This document shows, piece by piece, positions 16,742 through 26,515 of a DNA stretch of 61,983 bases. Numbering within the stretch: position 1 is the first letter of the stretch; every line of letters starts with the position of its first letter. This stretch comes from a virus: positions 192,001 through 253,983 of the IMG/VR virus record IMGVR_UViG_3300045004_000088. One strand, 5' to 3'. Under the pieces are notes generated by a model. It was not told where the DNA came from, did not search any database, and worked only from the letters and a program-made list of their open reading frames with translations. The position numbers were made by a program, and so were the translations under genes.

Positions 16742-18190
16742 ATGCCTTCAAAACTGACCGTTTTTAACGACTACTCGTTCCTTCAGACGGACAACAAACG
16801 TCTGAACTCGTTCCTTTATAACGCCCTCCGTCACCGACAGAAGGGATATTTCCACAGCCCCGCTTACAAGTCGCGGCGGTGGGACGGCTTCATCAACTTC
16901 TATACCCTCGAAAGTGGCAAGTTCCTGACCGGACTGCTGCCCGAAGTGTTGGTCGCTCTGGAAAAGACCGGCGAGGACTACGAGTTCGTTGACAACCGCA
17001 CGGACATCACATTCGACCACACCAAGATCGACCAGCACTTTCTCGACCAGTTCACCCCGACCCACTGGGCGGATGGGACGCCGGCCGAGAAAGTGGTGCT
17101 GGAAGACTACCAAGTCGAACTCGCCGAGGTCGCCGCCAAGTACCGCCGGGGTGTCGTGTTCGCGCCCACGTCGGCCGGTAAAACTTTGATCATGGTCTGC
17201 ATCATCAGGATGATCAAAAGGGGCATTCCGATCCTGATCCTCCAGAACCGGCGCGGCCTCGCACAGCAAAACTACAAGACGCTGATCCAGTGGGGCATCC
17301 CGAACGTCGGCTGCTGTTGGGGCGGCAAAGTCGAACCCAACTTCATCACCGTCGCCACGGTCCAGTCGCTAGAGAAGATCAAGAACCTGATCCCGAAGTT
17401 CAAGTGCCTGATCGTGGACGAGATCCACGACATGATGTCGGACCAGCCCAAGATCATCTACAAGGCGATGAAGAGTGCCTGCGTCCGCATCGCCATGTCC
17501 GCGACCCCGTTCAAGTACGGCGGCAAGGACAAAGTCCAGAAGTACATGGTGAAGGGCTTCTTCGGCCCGGAACTGCTGATCGAATGCGTCAAGGGCGGCA
17601 AGGTCACGACCAGTGAACTTCAAGAACGCGGACGACTCTCGAAGTCGAAGTGTACCTTCTTCCCGGTGCGGGAGCCGCACCTCGAATACGAGGTGTACCA
17701 AGACGCGGTTACTTTCGGCATCGCCGAGAACCAAGACTTCCACCAAATGGTGAAGAAGCTCGCTACCGCGCAAAAGGGCCGTACCCTGATCCTCGTTGAG
17801 CGGATCGCCCACGGGGACGCACTGAACTCGTTGATCCCAGGTTCGATCTGGGTGCGTGGGCAGGACGACGACAAGACCCGCGAAGAGGTCATCGCGAAGT
17901 TGTCGAAGGGTCGCGGCAACACGATTGCCATTGCGACTCAGGGCATCTTCAACACGGGCATCAACGTCTTCATCCACAACTTGATCAACGCCGCCGGTGG
18001 GCAGGCGGAACACACTATCATTCAGAGGATGGGTCGCGGCTTGCGGACCACAAAGGACAAGAGCGTACTCAACTACTACGACTTCATTTTCCACATCAAC
18101 GAATACCTGCTGAAGCACAGCAACAAGCGGGTGAAGATCCTTGAGGATGAGGGACACGAAGTCGAACTTCGCGAATTCGACATCCTATAG
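16742..18190 (+). CDS. SF2 DEAD/DEAH-box helicase (UvsW/RecG-like)
   Basis: Motifs APTSAGKT, DEIH, SATP and QRMGRGLR. Confidence 0.85.
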   Translation: MPSKLTVFNDYSFLQTDNKRLNSFLYNALRHRQKGYFHSPAYKSRRWDGFINFYTLESGKFLTGLLPEVLVALEKTGEDYEFVDNRTDITFDHTKIDQHFLDQFTPTHWADGTPAEKVVLEDYQVELAEVAAKYRRGVVFAPTSAGKTLIMVCIIRMIKRGIPILILQNRRGLAQQNYKTLIQWGIPNVGCCWGGKVEPNFITVATVQSLEKIKNLIPKFKCLIVDEIHDMMSDQPKIIYKAMKSACVRIAMSATPFKYGGKDKVQKYMVKGFFGPELLIECVKGGKVTTSELQERGRLSKSKCTFFPVREPHLEYEVYQDAVTFGIAENQDFHQMVKKLATAQKGRTLILVERIAHGDALNSLIPGSIWVRGQDDDKTREEVIAKLSKGRGNTIAIATQGIFNTGINVFIHNLINAAGGQAEHTIIQRMGRGLRTTKDKSVLNYYDFIFHINEYLLKHSNKRVKILEDEGHEVELREFDIL

Positions 18191-18198
18191 GAGACGTT

Positions 18199-18462
18199 AT
18201 GGACCACCGGGGCAACATGAGCAGCCAACACCGCCGTTCCAAAATCAACCACTCGCTGGTGATCGAACCAGCAGGGCTGACCGAAGCGGAATCGAGGTTG
18301 CTAAAAAGCCGCAAGCCCATGAAGAAAATGACGCTCGAAGAGTTGGAGGTCGGCGTTTCACTTTGTCGGGCGTGCATCGTGAGGTGGAAAAACCGCCGCA
18401 CACTCAGAAAGAGTTGGGAAGCATCTCTCGAAAAATTCGAGGCCGAGATCAAGAAAAGGTAA
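18199..18462 (+). CDS. hypothetical protein (87 aa)
   Basis: RBS TAGGAGA before the ATG. Confidence 0.45.
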   Translation: MDHRGNMSSQHRRSKINHSLVIEPAGLTEAESRLLKSRKPMKKMTLEELEVGVSLCRACIVRWKNRRTLRKSWEASLEKFEAEIKKR

Positions 18463-18501
18463 ACGACAACGCCCGGAAGTTCTCCGGGCGTTGTCGTTGT
18501 A

Positions 18502-19161
18502 TCACAGGTATAGGTCGCGGACCTTGTTGAGTCGGTTCTCCAGTTCGGCGAGTTCCTTCTTCGCCGCCTCGACCTTCTGTTCGGTCGCGTCGAGGAAGTC
18601 GTCGTAGGTCACCCACTGGAACCGCTTCATCATGTCCATCAGCGTTTCGACCGGCACGCCGTGGGTGTTTTTCTGGTGAAGGAAGGTGGCGACAGTCGAG
18701 ATCAGGTAGCTGTCGCGTTCCGACTCTTTTTGTTTCAAGAGCGGCAGCACCTTGTCGGTCCACCACTCCGAGTCCGGGTACGCGAAGTACACGTTGTAGT
18801 TGTGGTCCACGGCCACATCGAGGTAGTAGCGAAACGCCTGAAGCGAGATGTTCGTGTTGTCGATGATGATCGCCTTCTGCTTCTCCTTCATCGCCTTCTG
18901 CTTCTCCTTCATCGCCTTCAGGCACTTCGATTCGCAGTCCCGGTGGCCGAGGTGCGCACGCTCCCGCGACCAGTTCTTCCGGTACTCCTCCCCCTCGCCG
19001 TAGAAGTGGTCGGCCGACAGTATCAATCCGCCGACCTGAGCCGCGATGCGGCCGGCGCGGTGCGTCTTGCCGCACCCCGGCACCGCCCGCATGATGTAGA
19101 GGTCGTTGGCCTCTTGCGACCGATGTCCGGGCATGAACAGAACGGTGTTGGAAACTTTCAT
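18502..19161 (-). CDS. P-loop polynucleotide 5'-kinase-like protein (T4 Pnk kinase-domain-like)
   Basis: Walker A AVPGCGKT and IIIDNTN; contains the duplicated heptapeptide MKEKQKA. Confidence 0.65.
   Translation of the reverse strand: MKVSNTVLFMPGHRSQEANDLYIMRAVPGCGKTHRAGRIAAQVGGLILSADHFYGEGEEYRKNWSRERAHLGHRDCESKCLKAMKEKQKAMKEKQKAIIIDNTNISLQAFRYYLDVAVDHNYNVYFAYPDSEWWTDKVLPLLKQKESERDSYLISTVATFLHQKNTHGVPVETLMDMMKRFQWVTYDDFLDATEQKVEAAKKELAELENRLNKVRDLYL
18871..18920. repeat. 21-bp tandem duplication (2.4 copies) inside the kinase gene
   Basis: cgccttctgcttctccttcat repeated head-to-tail. Confidence 0.6.
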
Positions 19162-19230
19162 TTGGCATATCCTGTACTACGGGGCATCCAAATCACGATA
19201 GGCCGGAACCGCCAGTTTGTAAAAGAATGA

Positions 19231-19674
19231 TCAGTCGTCCTCGAAGTATTCGACTCGGAAGCCTTTTACCACCACACCGCCTGGACCGACCGCGACGAAT
19301 TTCGCGGACGCGGAAGGCACTTTGATCATTTCACGTTCAAGCTTGTCGAGGCTGAAGTACGACCAGTATTCATCCATTTCTCGGCCGCAGCCTCGCATGC
19401 CCGACCACCCGATTTTGATCCAGTCGTCCCCTTCGACCAAGTAAAGGTCGTAGTGGCTGGCGCGGGGCGTGAGTGGGGCCACGCCGACCGCGAGCCGGAC
19501 CTTGTTGTTCTTGACGGCGTCGTAGAACTTGTTCCAGTCAGTGATCGGTTTCGGTTCGGCTTTGACTTCTACGGCCGGCGTGGGCGATTTTTTCTCGGTT
19601 CCGAGGAAATAGCCGCACATGAAGCCGCCGTAACAGAACAGTACGATCAGGGCCAGTGTTTGAAGGGTCCGCAT
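19231..19674 (-). CDS. membrane-anchored or secreted hypothetical protein
   Basis: N-terminal hydrophobic segment MRTLQTLALIVLFCYGGFMCGYF. Confidence 0.5.
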   Translation of the reverse strand: MRTLQTLALIVLFCYGGFMCGYFLGTEKKSPTPAVEVKAEPKPITDWNKFYDAVKNNKVRLAVGVAPLTPRASHYDLYLVEGDDWIKIGWSGMRGCGREMDEYWSYFSLDKLEREMIKVPSASAKFVAVGPGGVVVKGFRVEYFEDD

Positions 19675-19687
19675 TTTTCACCTTGAG

Positions 19688-19906
19688 TTAATCCCAACGC
19701 CCACCGTCAGCAAGGAACTGCTCGATGGGGTCGATATTCGGTTTTTCTTTCTTGGGAACGTCGTGTTCGGTGCCTGTCTTGCCCTTGCCGCCACAACACC
19801 GACACCACTCCCATGCGTAATTGGGGAACTTGCCGCCAGTGAAAGTGGGGTAGCTGCGACCGCCCTTGCCGTTGCAGTGGACGCAAACTAACTCTGGCTT
19901 CGCCAT
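19688..19906 (-). CDS. DnaJ-type zinc-finger protein (72 aa)
   Basis: CVHCNGKG ... CRCCGGKG (CxxCxGxG repeats). Confidence 0.5.
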   Translation of the reverse strand: MAKPELVCVHCNGKGGRSYPTFTGGKFPNYAWEWCRCCGGKGKTGTEHDVPKKEKPNIDPIEQFLADGGRWD

Positions 19907-19985
19907 ATGCGTCTCCCGATCAACAACCCGGTGAGCGTGCCGAGCGTCCAGAACATGGCCGCGAACACGAGTATTTTGATGTCCA

Positions 19986-20891
19986 TTAGTTGCCGTGCCT
20001 TGTTTCGATGAACCTTATGGTGCCGCTGGTGGACCGCATGAACACGCTGTGCGTGATCGGGCCGGCTTTGGTGTGCCTGACGCCTCGGAGCATCGACCCG
20101 TTGGTGATGCCGGTTGCGGTGAAGCAACACGGTCCTTTGACGAGATCTTCGGCGTGGTAAACTTTTTCCCCGACGCCCACGGGCCAGAGTTGGGCTTGGA
20201 ATACGCCGCCCATGCACTTGATCGCCGCCGCCGTGATGACCGCTTCTGGAGCGCCACCCGCACCATATTGTATGTCGATCCCCGATTCGGGGAGACAGGT
20301 GGCGATGGCCGCGCTCACGTCGCAGTCTTGAATGAGCTTCAGTTTGACGCCGAGGCGTCGGGCGACGGCGATGAACTCGTCGTGACGCGGACGCTTGAGC
20401 ATGCAGACGGTGAGGAGGTGGAGCGGCTTGTTCAACCAGTCGGAGGCCGTCCTGAGATTGGATTCGAGGCCGTCCGCGAGGTTGATGCCCGATTTGGCGA
20501 GTTCCGGGCCGCAGGCCAACTTGAGCATGTAGTGTTCTTCGGTCGTGAACATGGTGTTGTGACCGGAGAAGGCCATGACGCTCATGGCTTCGGTGCCGCC
20601 CTCGGAAGTGGGGGTCGTGCCGTCAATCGGATCGACGGCGATGTCGTACTGAGTCTCTTTGCCGCCCCCGACGAACTCGCCCTGAAACAGTCCGGCGGCA
20701 CCGTCCTTCTTACCCTCGCCGATCTGGATCTCGGCGCGGATGTCCATCGAGTCGAGGCGGTTCCGCATGGCGTCGGTCGCCCACTTGTCGGCCGAAAGTT
20801 TGTCGCCGCTGCCGACCCAACGTGAAGCCCCGATTGCGGCGGCTTCGGTGACGCGGACCATTTCGAGGCCAATGTTCTTGAGGAGATCCAT
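19986..20891 (-). CDS. glpX: fructose-1,6-bisphosphatase class II (GlpX)
   Basis: MVRVTEAAAIGASRWVGSGDK...IGEGKKD...DIAVDPIDGT aligns with the GlpX N-terminus and metal site. Confidence 0.85.
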   Translation of the reverse strand: MDLLKNIGLEMVRVTEAAAIGASRWVGSGDKLSADKWATDAMRNRLDSMDIRAEIQIGEGKKDGAAGLFQGEFVGGGKETQYDIAVDPIDGTTPTSEGGTEAMSVMAFSGHNTMFTTEEHYMLKLACGPELAKSGINLADGLESNLRTASDWLNKPLHLLTVCMLKRPRHDEFIAVARRLGVKLKLIQDCDVSAAIATCLPESGIDIQYGAGGAPEAVITAAAIKCMGGVFQAQLWPVGVGEKVYHAEDLVKGPCCFTATGITNGSMLRGVRHTKAGPITHSVFMRSTSGTIRFIETRHGN

Positions 20892-20928
20892 GACGTGTGT
20901 ACCTGATGGAGAGAGGGTCCATCAGATT

Positions 20929-21327
20929 TTACATGTTGTCAGTACCCTGCGAAAGATCAGGTGGTTGTTTTGCTGTGGTTTGAGGCGTAGGACCGTCGTC
21001 CTGAGTGGTGACTTTTGCCAACTTGATCGGGATCGCGGTGAGTGTGTCGAGCAGTTCTGCGAGTCGGCGGTTCATGGGCTGGCGGAAAATCTCCTCGGCC
21101 CGTTTCTGGCTCTTTTCTGGCAGTTTCGTCCACAAAGCGGACCCCTTCAATCGCTTCGCAATAACGTCCAAATCGAGTTGTTCGAGTGGGATGTCTTCGC
21201 CCGTCTTCTGGTTGATGATGTCTTCGAGGCCCATGTTGGCGATCAGAACCCGCCGCAGGTGTTTGCTCTCATCGGCTTCGGTCAGTACGCGGTCACGGGC
21301 TTTTACGAATTCGCGAAAGGTCTTCAT
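20929..21327 (-). CDS. hypothetical protein (132 aa)
   Basis: Minus ORF, diverging from the gene at 21363. Confidence 0.5.
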   Translation of the reverse strand: MKTFREFVKARDRVLTEADESKHLRRVLIANMGLEDIINQKTGEDIPLEQLDLDVIAKRLKGSALWTKLPEKSQKRAEEIFRQPMNRRLAELLDTLTAIPIKLAKVTTQDDGPTPQTTAKQPPDLSQGTDNM

Positions 21328-21362
21328 GCAGTAATATAGGGTTCGCGGGGTAGATACTCCCG

Positions 21363-22202
21363 ATGAAAAGCCTCGCCTTCAGAGAGTGGTTCGCCAAAAA
21401 TCCAGAGGAACTGTTCGGCATCGACCCGGAACACAACCTGTCGCTGGAAGAGAAGCGGCGTCGTCGCGCCGAGAACTACGACACGCCCGGCAACATCCTG
21501 TCTCCGACTCGCCTGATGACCGAACTCATGCGCATGGGTCCGGTCAACAACAAAGAGCCGCAACGAGTCTGGAGCGACGTGGTCGCATACGGTGACGCCG
21601 AGCGTTCCGGCTCGCTGATGGCCGCGTTGACGCCCAACGGCAGTCTGCGGTTTAACATCCGCCGTCTTTGCGTGGACCTTGAAGGAACCCGCGTCTGGAC
21701 GCTGAAGAAGGTGATCTCTCTGGTAGAGAAGATCGAACAGAAGGAACGCGGAGACACAGCCGAACACGGAATGGCGCAGGAATACCACGAGGTGATCGAG
21801 AAGATCGACACGCCACACATTGACGCCGCGAAAAACGACTTCAAGGGTATGGAAGAATTGGCACTGCGGCTGGCCTCTCTGAGTCGTCAGAACCACCCGA
21901 CCGTGATGCACTATTCGGGAATTCGCAAGCACGACGACAACTACTACCAGATCTACTTCCAGTACAGGGGTCATGGCGCAGGCGGCGATACGCCGCGCCA
22001 GAGCCAACTGGAACAGTTCGACATCAACTTGAAGTATTACCGGGAACGCGGTGTGATTCGGTGTTGGGGCGGGGAGATCCAGTCGCCCAAGAAGGGTCAC
22101 CGCTGGAAGCTGATGCCGTCCGAGTGGGACGAGTATTTCGTCCCCACCCAGTCCGCGTCAGAGATTACTGAGGCCGTCATTCAGATTTTCTTGGCTTACT
22201 GA
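21363..22202 (+). CDS. hypothetical protein (279 aa)
   Basis: Protein-like composition, in contrast to the overlapping antisense ORF. Confidence 0.55.
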   Translation: MKSLAFREWFAKNPEELFGIDPEHNLSLEEKRRRRAENYDTPGNILSPTRLMTELMRMGPVNNKEPQRVWSDVVAYGDAERSGSLMAALTPNGSLRFNIRRLCVDLEGTRVWTLKKVISLVEKIEQKERGDTAEHGMAQEYHEVIEKIDTPHIDAAKNDFKGMEELALRLASLSRQNHPTVMHYSGIRKHDDNYYQIYFQYRGHGAGGDTPRQSQLEQFDINLKYYRERGVIRCWGGEIQSPKKGHRWKLMPSEWDEYFVPTQSASEITEAVIQIFLAY

Positions 22203-23042
22203 CGGTCGGGAGCGGAACTTGCCGTCTTGAGACTCGATGAGCTTCTTGTTTCGCAAACCGATCAGTATGTCGTATGTGAAATACCTAAGTCCGCGTTTGA
22301 TCATAAACTCGCGAGAAAACGTCGGCGTTTCGATTGTCGAGCCGCGCTTCTTTTCTTGGTGCTTCCGTACAGCGTCTTCACGCTTGTTGTACGACTTGAT
22401 CAGTTCGTCTTCTGAAACGTGCGGCTGGAAGATCGGCATCATTTCTTTGACCCCGACCCAATCGGCGGGTACGAACCGGAGTAGGTCGTGTTGCACACCG
22501 TAAACGATGACATGCTGTACCTTGATACGCATCGGGGTGGTCAAGGCGTCTTCTATTGACCACCCGTCACTCAGTCGTTTTTGGAGTGTGTTAAGTTTCA
22601 CTCCCAGTTTCTTTGACCACTGAGCAAGTGTCAGCGTTTCGTCCATGACGGTGAATGCCTTGCCCGCCCCGAATTGACGAGGCTTGTTGTCTTTGTGCTT
22701 GATCTTGACTTGTTTCGCCGAGTGTGAAAGCTTCGGCGAAACAAGTCGGATCAAAGTTTTATCTTCGTTATACTCTTTGTTAATGCCGCTTTCAACACGA
22801 CGGCATACCCGTCTTTTGCCCAGAGAAACTTTCATGTGCAGGGGTTCGTCGGGCTTTTTGTCCGAGTATTTCAGGTCGGCTTCTCTGGCGCGGCACGCGA
22901 TGGTCACATCGATGCTCGGCATGAACAGCACGCCGAAGACTTGTCGTGAAACCCATCCCTGATCATTGACCCAGTTCTTCTTGTCGAGCAGGATCAGTTC
23001 AGCCTTCTCGCGGAGAGACTGGATGTGGTCGATTTTTGACAT
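22158..23042 (-). CDS. HTH DNA-binding protein, possible homing-endonuclease-like; lies in a lower-GC island
   Basis: Internal ATG with GAGGAG RBS; HTH TLAQWSKKLGVKLNTLQKRLSDG. Confidence 0.45.
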   Translation of the reverse strand: MSKIDHIQSLREKAELILLDKKNWVNDQGWVSRQVFGVLFMPSIDVTIACRAREADLKYSDKKPDEPLHMKVSLGKRRVCRRVESGINKEYNEDKTLIRLVSPKLSHSAKQVKIKHKDNKPRQFGAGKAFTVMDETLTLAQWSKKLGVKLNTLQKRLSDGWSIEDALTTPMRIKVQHVIVYGVQHDLLRFVPADWVGVKEMMPIFQPHVSEDELIKSYNKREDAVRKHQEKKRGSTIETPTFSREFMIKRGLRYFTYDILIGLRNKKLIESQDGKFRSRPSVSQENLNDGLSNL

Positions 23043-23057
23043 AATGTACTCCTCTGC

Positions 23058-23084
23058 GGACCCGCCGAATAATTCGGCGGGTCC
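23058..23084. other. perfect palindrome GGACCCGCCGAAT-A-ATTCGGCGGGTCC between two minus-strand genes
   Basis: 13-bp arms; intrinsic terminator or operator. Confidence 0.5.
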
Positions 23085-23092
23085 GCAAGTTG

Positions 23093-24157
23093 TTAGGCGA
23101 TGACCAAATCCTTTTTGCTGCACAACTTGATGAAGTCACGCAGAGACGTTTCCAGAGCTTCGAGGCGAACGATCTCGTCCGAAGTGATTGACGTTTGAGT
23201 GCCGTTGGACGGGAGCCGAAGGACGGCGAGGAGCTTGTCGGCCTGCCTCAGCAGGTCGGGTTTGGTCATCACCTTCTTGGCGCGGCCTTGCATGACGCCG
23301 CCGTCCGTTTCTTGTTTCTTCACCTTCTCCATCGTCGCGAAGCGACCGGCGAGATCTTTGGTCATCGCCTTCTGCTCGTCGGTCGTCGCACACTTCCGGT
23401 ACGCTTCACAGAACAGTTTGATCTGATTGGCGTTGATTTTCGGGTTCTTGATCGCCTCGTCCACCAGAAGCTCGGCCACGCTCAGTGTGACTCGCTCGAT
23501 GGCGGTTCCGATTTCCCGTTTGACCGTCTCGTTGAGCGAGTTGGCCTTCGACTTTTTCCCGAAGGCGTTGTTGAACTTCATTATCAGGAGTTGCTCTTTG
23601 AGCCGCTCTTTCTTGACACCAAAGAGCTTGCAGGCGTCTTCGATGGTCGCGTCGTAGTTCTCGATTTCGTTGATCGCGTGTTGCAACTGAGATGCTTCGC
23701 TGTTCGGAAGACCGTTACGGTTGTTTGCGGTCTTGGTGAACCGCCGACGCGCCTTCTCGCTGGCGAAGGCGACGATGTACAGGTTGACGAACTTGTACTT
23801 ATCGCTGAGGCTGATCCGGTGGTTGCCGTCAACCAGAACGATTTTGCCGGTAGCCGGGTCGATGCAGCCCGTTCCGGCGGGGAACTTACAGCCTTTGTCG
23901 AGGTTGATCTGAAGCAGGGCGAGGTGAGACTGAATCAGAGGAGCCTCACAGCGTGCCTGATTTCTGATGCTTTTCTCGATGTCGATCTGATTGTAGTGAA
24001 CTTTTCTGAATGTCCAGAATCCGGGCGCGGGATCGGCATCACCTTCACTTTTGGTGATGCCGATCCGGGTGAACTCATCCTCCAGCGAAGAGTCGCGCTT
24101 CTCGCTGGCGGGGGAGACGCAGTTCGGCACGTCGAGGTCTTCCGATGCGTTCTTCAT
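23093..24157 (-). CDS. ParB-like nuclease-domain protein
   Basis: IVLVDGNHR (ParB/Srx DGxHR); internal ATG with GAGGA RBS. Confidence 0.55.
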   Translation of the reverse strand: MKNASEDLDVPNCVSPASEKRDSSLEDEFTRIGITKSEGDADPAPGFWTFRKVHYNQIDIEKSIRNQARCEAPLIQSHLALLQINLDKGCKFPAGTGCIDPATGKIVLVDGNHRISLSDKYKFVNLYIVAFASEKARRRFTKTANNRNGLPNSEASQLQHAINEIENYDATIEDACKLFGVKKERLKEQLLIMKFNNAFGKKSKANSLNETVKREIGTAIERVTLSVAELLVDEAIKNPKINANQIKLFCEAYRKCATTDEQKAMTKDLAGRFATMEKVKKQETDGGVMQGRAKKVMTKPDLLRQADKLLAVLRLPSNGTQTSITSDEIVRLEALETSLRDFIKLCSKKDLVIA

Positions 24158-24200
24158 ATCGTCCTCTGAAAGAATTAGGGCGACTGGTCGAGTCAATTCA

Positions 24201-24228
24201 ACTATACTAAAACGTCTCGACCAGTCAA
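24201..24228 (-). promoter_or_regulatory. sigma70-like promoter TTGACT-N16-TATAGT (minus strand) embedded in an 11-bp inverted repeat, upstream of the ParB-like gene
   Basis: Near-consensus hexamers with 16-nt spacing. Confidence 0.45.
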
Positions 24229-24248
24229 GCAATCAAAAGGAAAAAATT

Positions 24249-24650
24249 ATGGACGCAGTCAAAAGACGGTGTCTGAAGATGTGGAAAGGCATGAAAAACA
24301 GGACGAAAAGCAGGAAGGAGTACGCACGGGTCGAGTTGAAAATGACCAAAAACGAGTTCATGATCTGGGCAGGGCCGAGGGTTGCCAACTTCATGTTTCT
24401 CTATCCCGAACTCACGCCATCCCCCGACAGGATCGACCCGGAAGGGCATTACGAAATATCAAACCTGCGGATAATCGACGCAGATCACAACAGAAGGATC
24501 TCTGGGTTTACCTGCAAAGCGTTACGGCTCGACAGACTTGACACGGTTTCCGAACGTGTCGAGGTGTTCGCACTGGTGATCGACTCGACGTGCCGACACG
24601 CGAATATCCCCAAAGACAAACTAATCGAATACCTGAAGGATTCGATTTAA
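24249..24650 (+). CDS. HNH-family (HNH_3-like) endonuclease-like protein
   Basis: DRIDPEGHYEISNLRIIDADHNRR; RBS AAGGAAAAA. Confidence 0.35.
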   Translation: MDAVKRRCLKMWKGMKNRTKSRKEYARVELKMTKNEFMIWAGPRVANFMFLYPELTPSPDRIDPEGHYEISNLRIIDADHNRRISGFTCKALRLDRLDTVSERVEVFALVIDSTCRHANIPKDKLIEYLKDSI

Positions 24651-24664
24651 CGTAAGTTGTTTGG

Positions 24665-25342
24665 CTATTTGTCTTTTGGGAAATAAGACTGGAAGGCGGC
24701 GACGACCTTTTCGTTCTTCAGACCGGCGAGAGTGATCACTGGTACTTCGAGCTTGCGCAGGGTCGGCGAAAGGGCGACGAAGTACGGTCGAATGAAGCCG
24801 AATTTGAGCCATTTGAGGATGTCGCCCTTTTCGTGTCGCGATTGCAGGAACGCCGGGGTGACTTCTGGGACGTATTTGGCGAGGAACGTCGCGCTTGTCT
24901 TCAGGTCGAAGTCCACGGTTTCCATCGAGACGTTGGTGTCTTCTTCCGCGTCGGACGTTTTCCGGGCATCCCGCACCTTATTCATCATCTTCTCGTAGAC
25001 TTTCCAGCGTTTCCACGCGGCGGGGCCGGCAGTCATTTGAGGGGAAACATAGGCTTCATTTTCATCGTTGTTGACTTTGCAGATCCACAACTGGGCCATC
25101 ATGTAGTGTTTCAAGTCGGTGGGCGCGACCAGACCCCGCGTGCGTCGGATCATCCTGATCATGTACTTGAACAGGGACGAGTCGCGCGGATCTCCCGTGG
25201 CCCGGAGCTTATTCCCAGGACCGATTCTGGAGTTCGGGAAATACTCCTCGACCTTTTTGGACCAGAGAAGGGCAAGCTGGTAAGCTTGGGTTTCTTCTTC
25301 GGTCATTTGGTACTGCAACGGAATGCTGAACGGGTCTTCCAT
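24665..25342 (-). CDS. hypothetical protein (225 aa)
   Basis: Internal ATG with GAGGTG RBS. Confidence 0.5.
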   Translation of the reverse strand: MEDPFSIPLQYQMTEEETQAYQLALLWSKKVEEYFPNSRIGPGNKLRATGDPRDSSLFKYMIRMIRRTRGLVAPTDLKHYMMAQLWICKVNNDENEAYVSPQMTAGPAAWKRWKVYEKMMNKVRDARKTSDAEEDTNVSMETVDFDLKTSATFLAKYVPEVTPAFLQSRHEKGDILKWLKFGFIRPYFVALSPTLRKLEVPVITLAGLKNEKVVAAFQSYFPKDK

Positions 25343-25369
25343 CCCACACCTCGAAATGTGCCTCGCCAC

Positions 25370-26278
25370 GGACTCTCAGAGTATATACCCTGGACCCGTG
25401 AAGCAGTGCGAGACGGAGTTCTTCGTCCGTCATGCTTTCGAGTGAGTCAAGATAATCCGCCATCCGGCGGTCGTCAAGGTCGGTTCTCATCGCCGCTCCA
25501 TTTCTTTAATTTGCAGTTGCACCCCCCGCCCCCGAACGCTAGTATAACCTGAAACCGCATTCCGCCCCAAGCAGAATACGGCCAAAAGGTGTTCGAGATC
25601 GTAAGTTCCTTGTAACTTTGTACATCAGTGTACAGTTTCACGGAAAGTGTGATCTAAAACATCACGCGCAACTACCGACTACTACCGTTTCAACTACCGA
25701 CTACTGGAGTGCATCCGCCTAAAGATGCCGAGACTTGCCGTGTGGCCAGTACCCGCTGTACGGACAAGTTCGTAGAGTCGCCATGAGAGCGGCTCAAACC
25801 TGTGGGGGCTTCGCTTAACTTAGCCAAAGAAAAGGTAGCAGAGCTTATTGCAAGCGCTGTTATGGATCGGACCACCGGGGCCAATCCTATCCCACATGTG
25901 TCGTGAGGTCAGCGGTCAACTACCCTCTTCAAAAGCTGTCAGGGGGCTTGTACTGTCGTCCTGCCACCTACTCGAAAGTCTTCGGATTGTTTGAGTAGGT
26001 CTAACAGGCGGGTAACGCGATCAGCGTAAGCGACGGTTTGGTTGAACACGTTCGAGCGCACAAAGAACGTCCCTTCGATGGAAGGGCAACTGGTACACTC
26101 ATTCAGATTTACCCACATCCGGGTAATCTTTAAGCCGTAGGCTTGCACACCTACCTCAGTGGTAGGTGAAAGAACAACGAGACTAGATCTTGTTATTCTT
26201 GATGCAACTCCTACTCCCTTAAAGACAGCGACCCGGTATTGAATAGAAGTAAAACAAAGAGTATATGGGCGATTTTGC
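25370..26278. other. 0.9-kb gene-free structured region: iterons, TGTACA palindromes, multiple GNRA/UUCG hairpins and group-I-like GACTAGA...TAGTC motifs
   Basis: Listed ORFs are short and junk-like; lower GC; many perfect hairpins. Confidence 0.4.
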
Positions 26279-26515
26279 CTAGCCCTGAACTTGCCAGTGT
26301 GTACGCCACTTGTAGTCTTTCGGACTGCGCGCTTTTGTCAGGTTGTCTTGGAGCCTGATGTCCGGGTTGTCGAAAGTCCAGCACTCTCCTGTTGCGTCGA
26401 TGAAGACCACCCACTGCAAGTGGTGTTCGATCCCCACGTCGATGACGAGATGCGCCATTCCTTCGCCTTTGGGCGTAACTACCGGAATGAGCGGATTGAG
26501 TTGAAGCATTCCCAT
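26279..26515 (-). CDS. hypothetical protein (78 aa)
   Basis: Minus ORF; could instead be part of the structured RNA region. Confidence 0.3.
   Translation of the reverse strand: MGMLQLNPLIPVVTPKGEGMAHLVIDVGIEHHLQWVVFIDATGECWTFDNPDIRLQDNLTKARSPKDYKWRTHWQVQG

Noticed and set aside
18449-19168. 239-aa minus-strand ORF in an alternative frame of the kinase gene
   Set aside because: Arg/Gly/Pro-rich with no motif. The overlapping frame 18502..19161 carries the P-loop kinase signature.
21324-22100. 258-aa minus-strand ORF
   Set aside because: Overlaps the protein-like plus-strand gene 21363..22202. Val/Arg/His-rich junk composition.
25209-25490. 93-aa minus-strand ORF upstream of the 24665..25342 gene
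   Set aside because: Overlaps the start region of the adjacent gene by more than 100 nt in another frame. Arg-rich C-terminus. Kept only as a possible short upstream ORF or leader.
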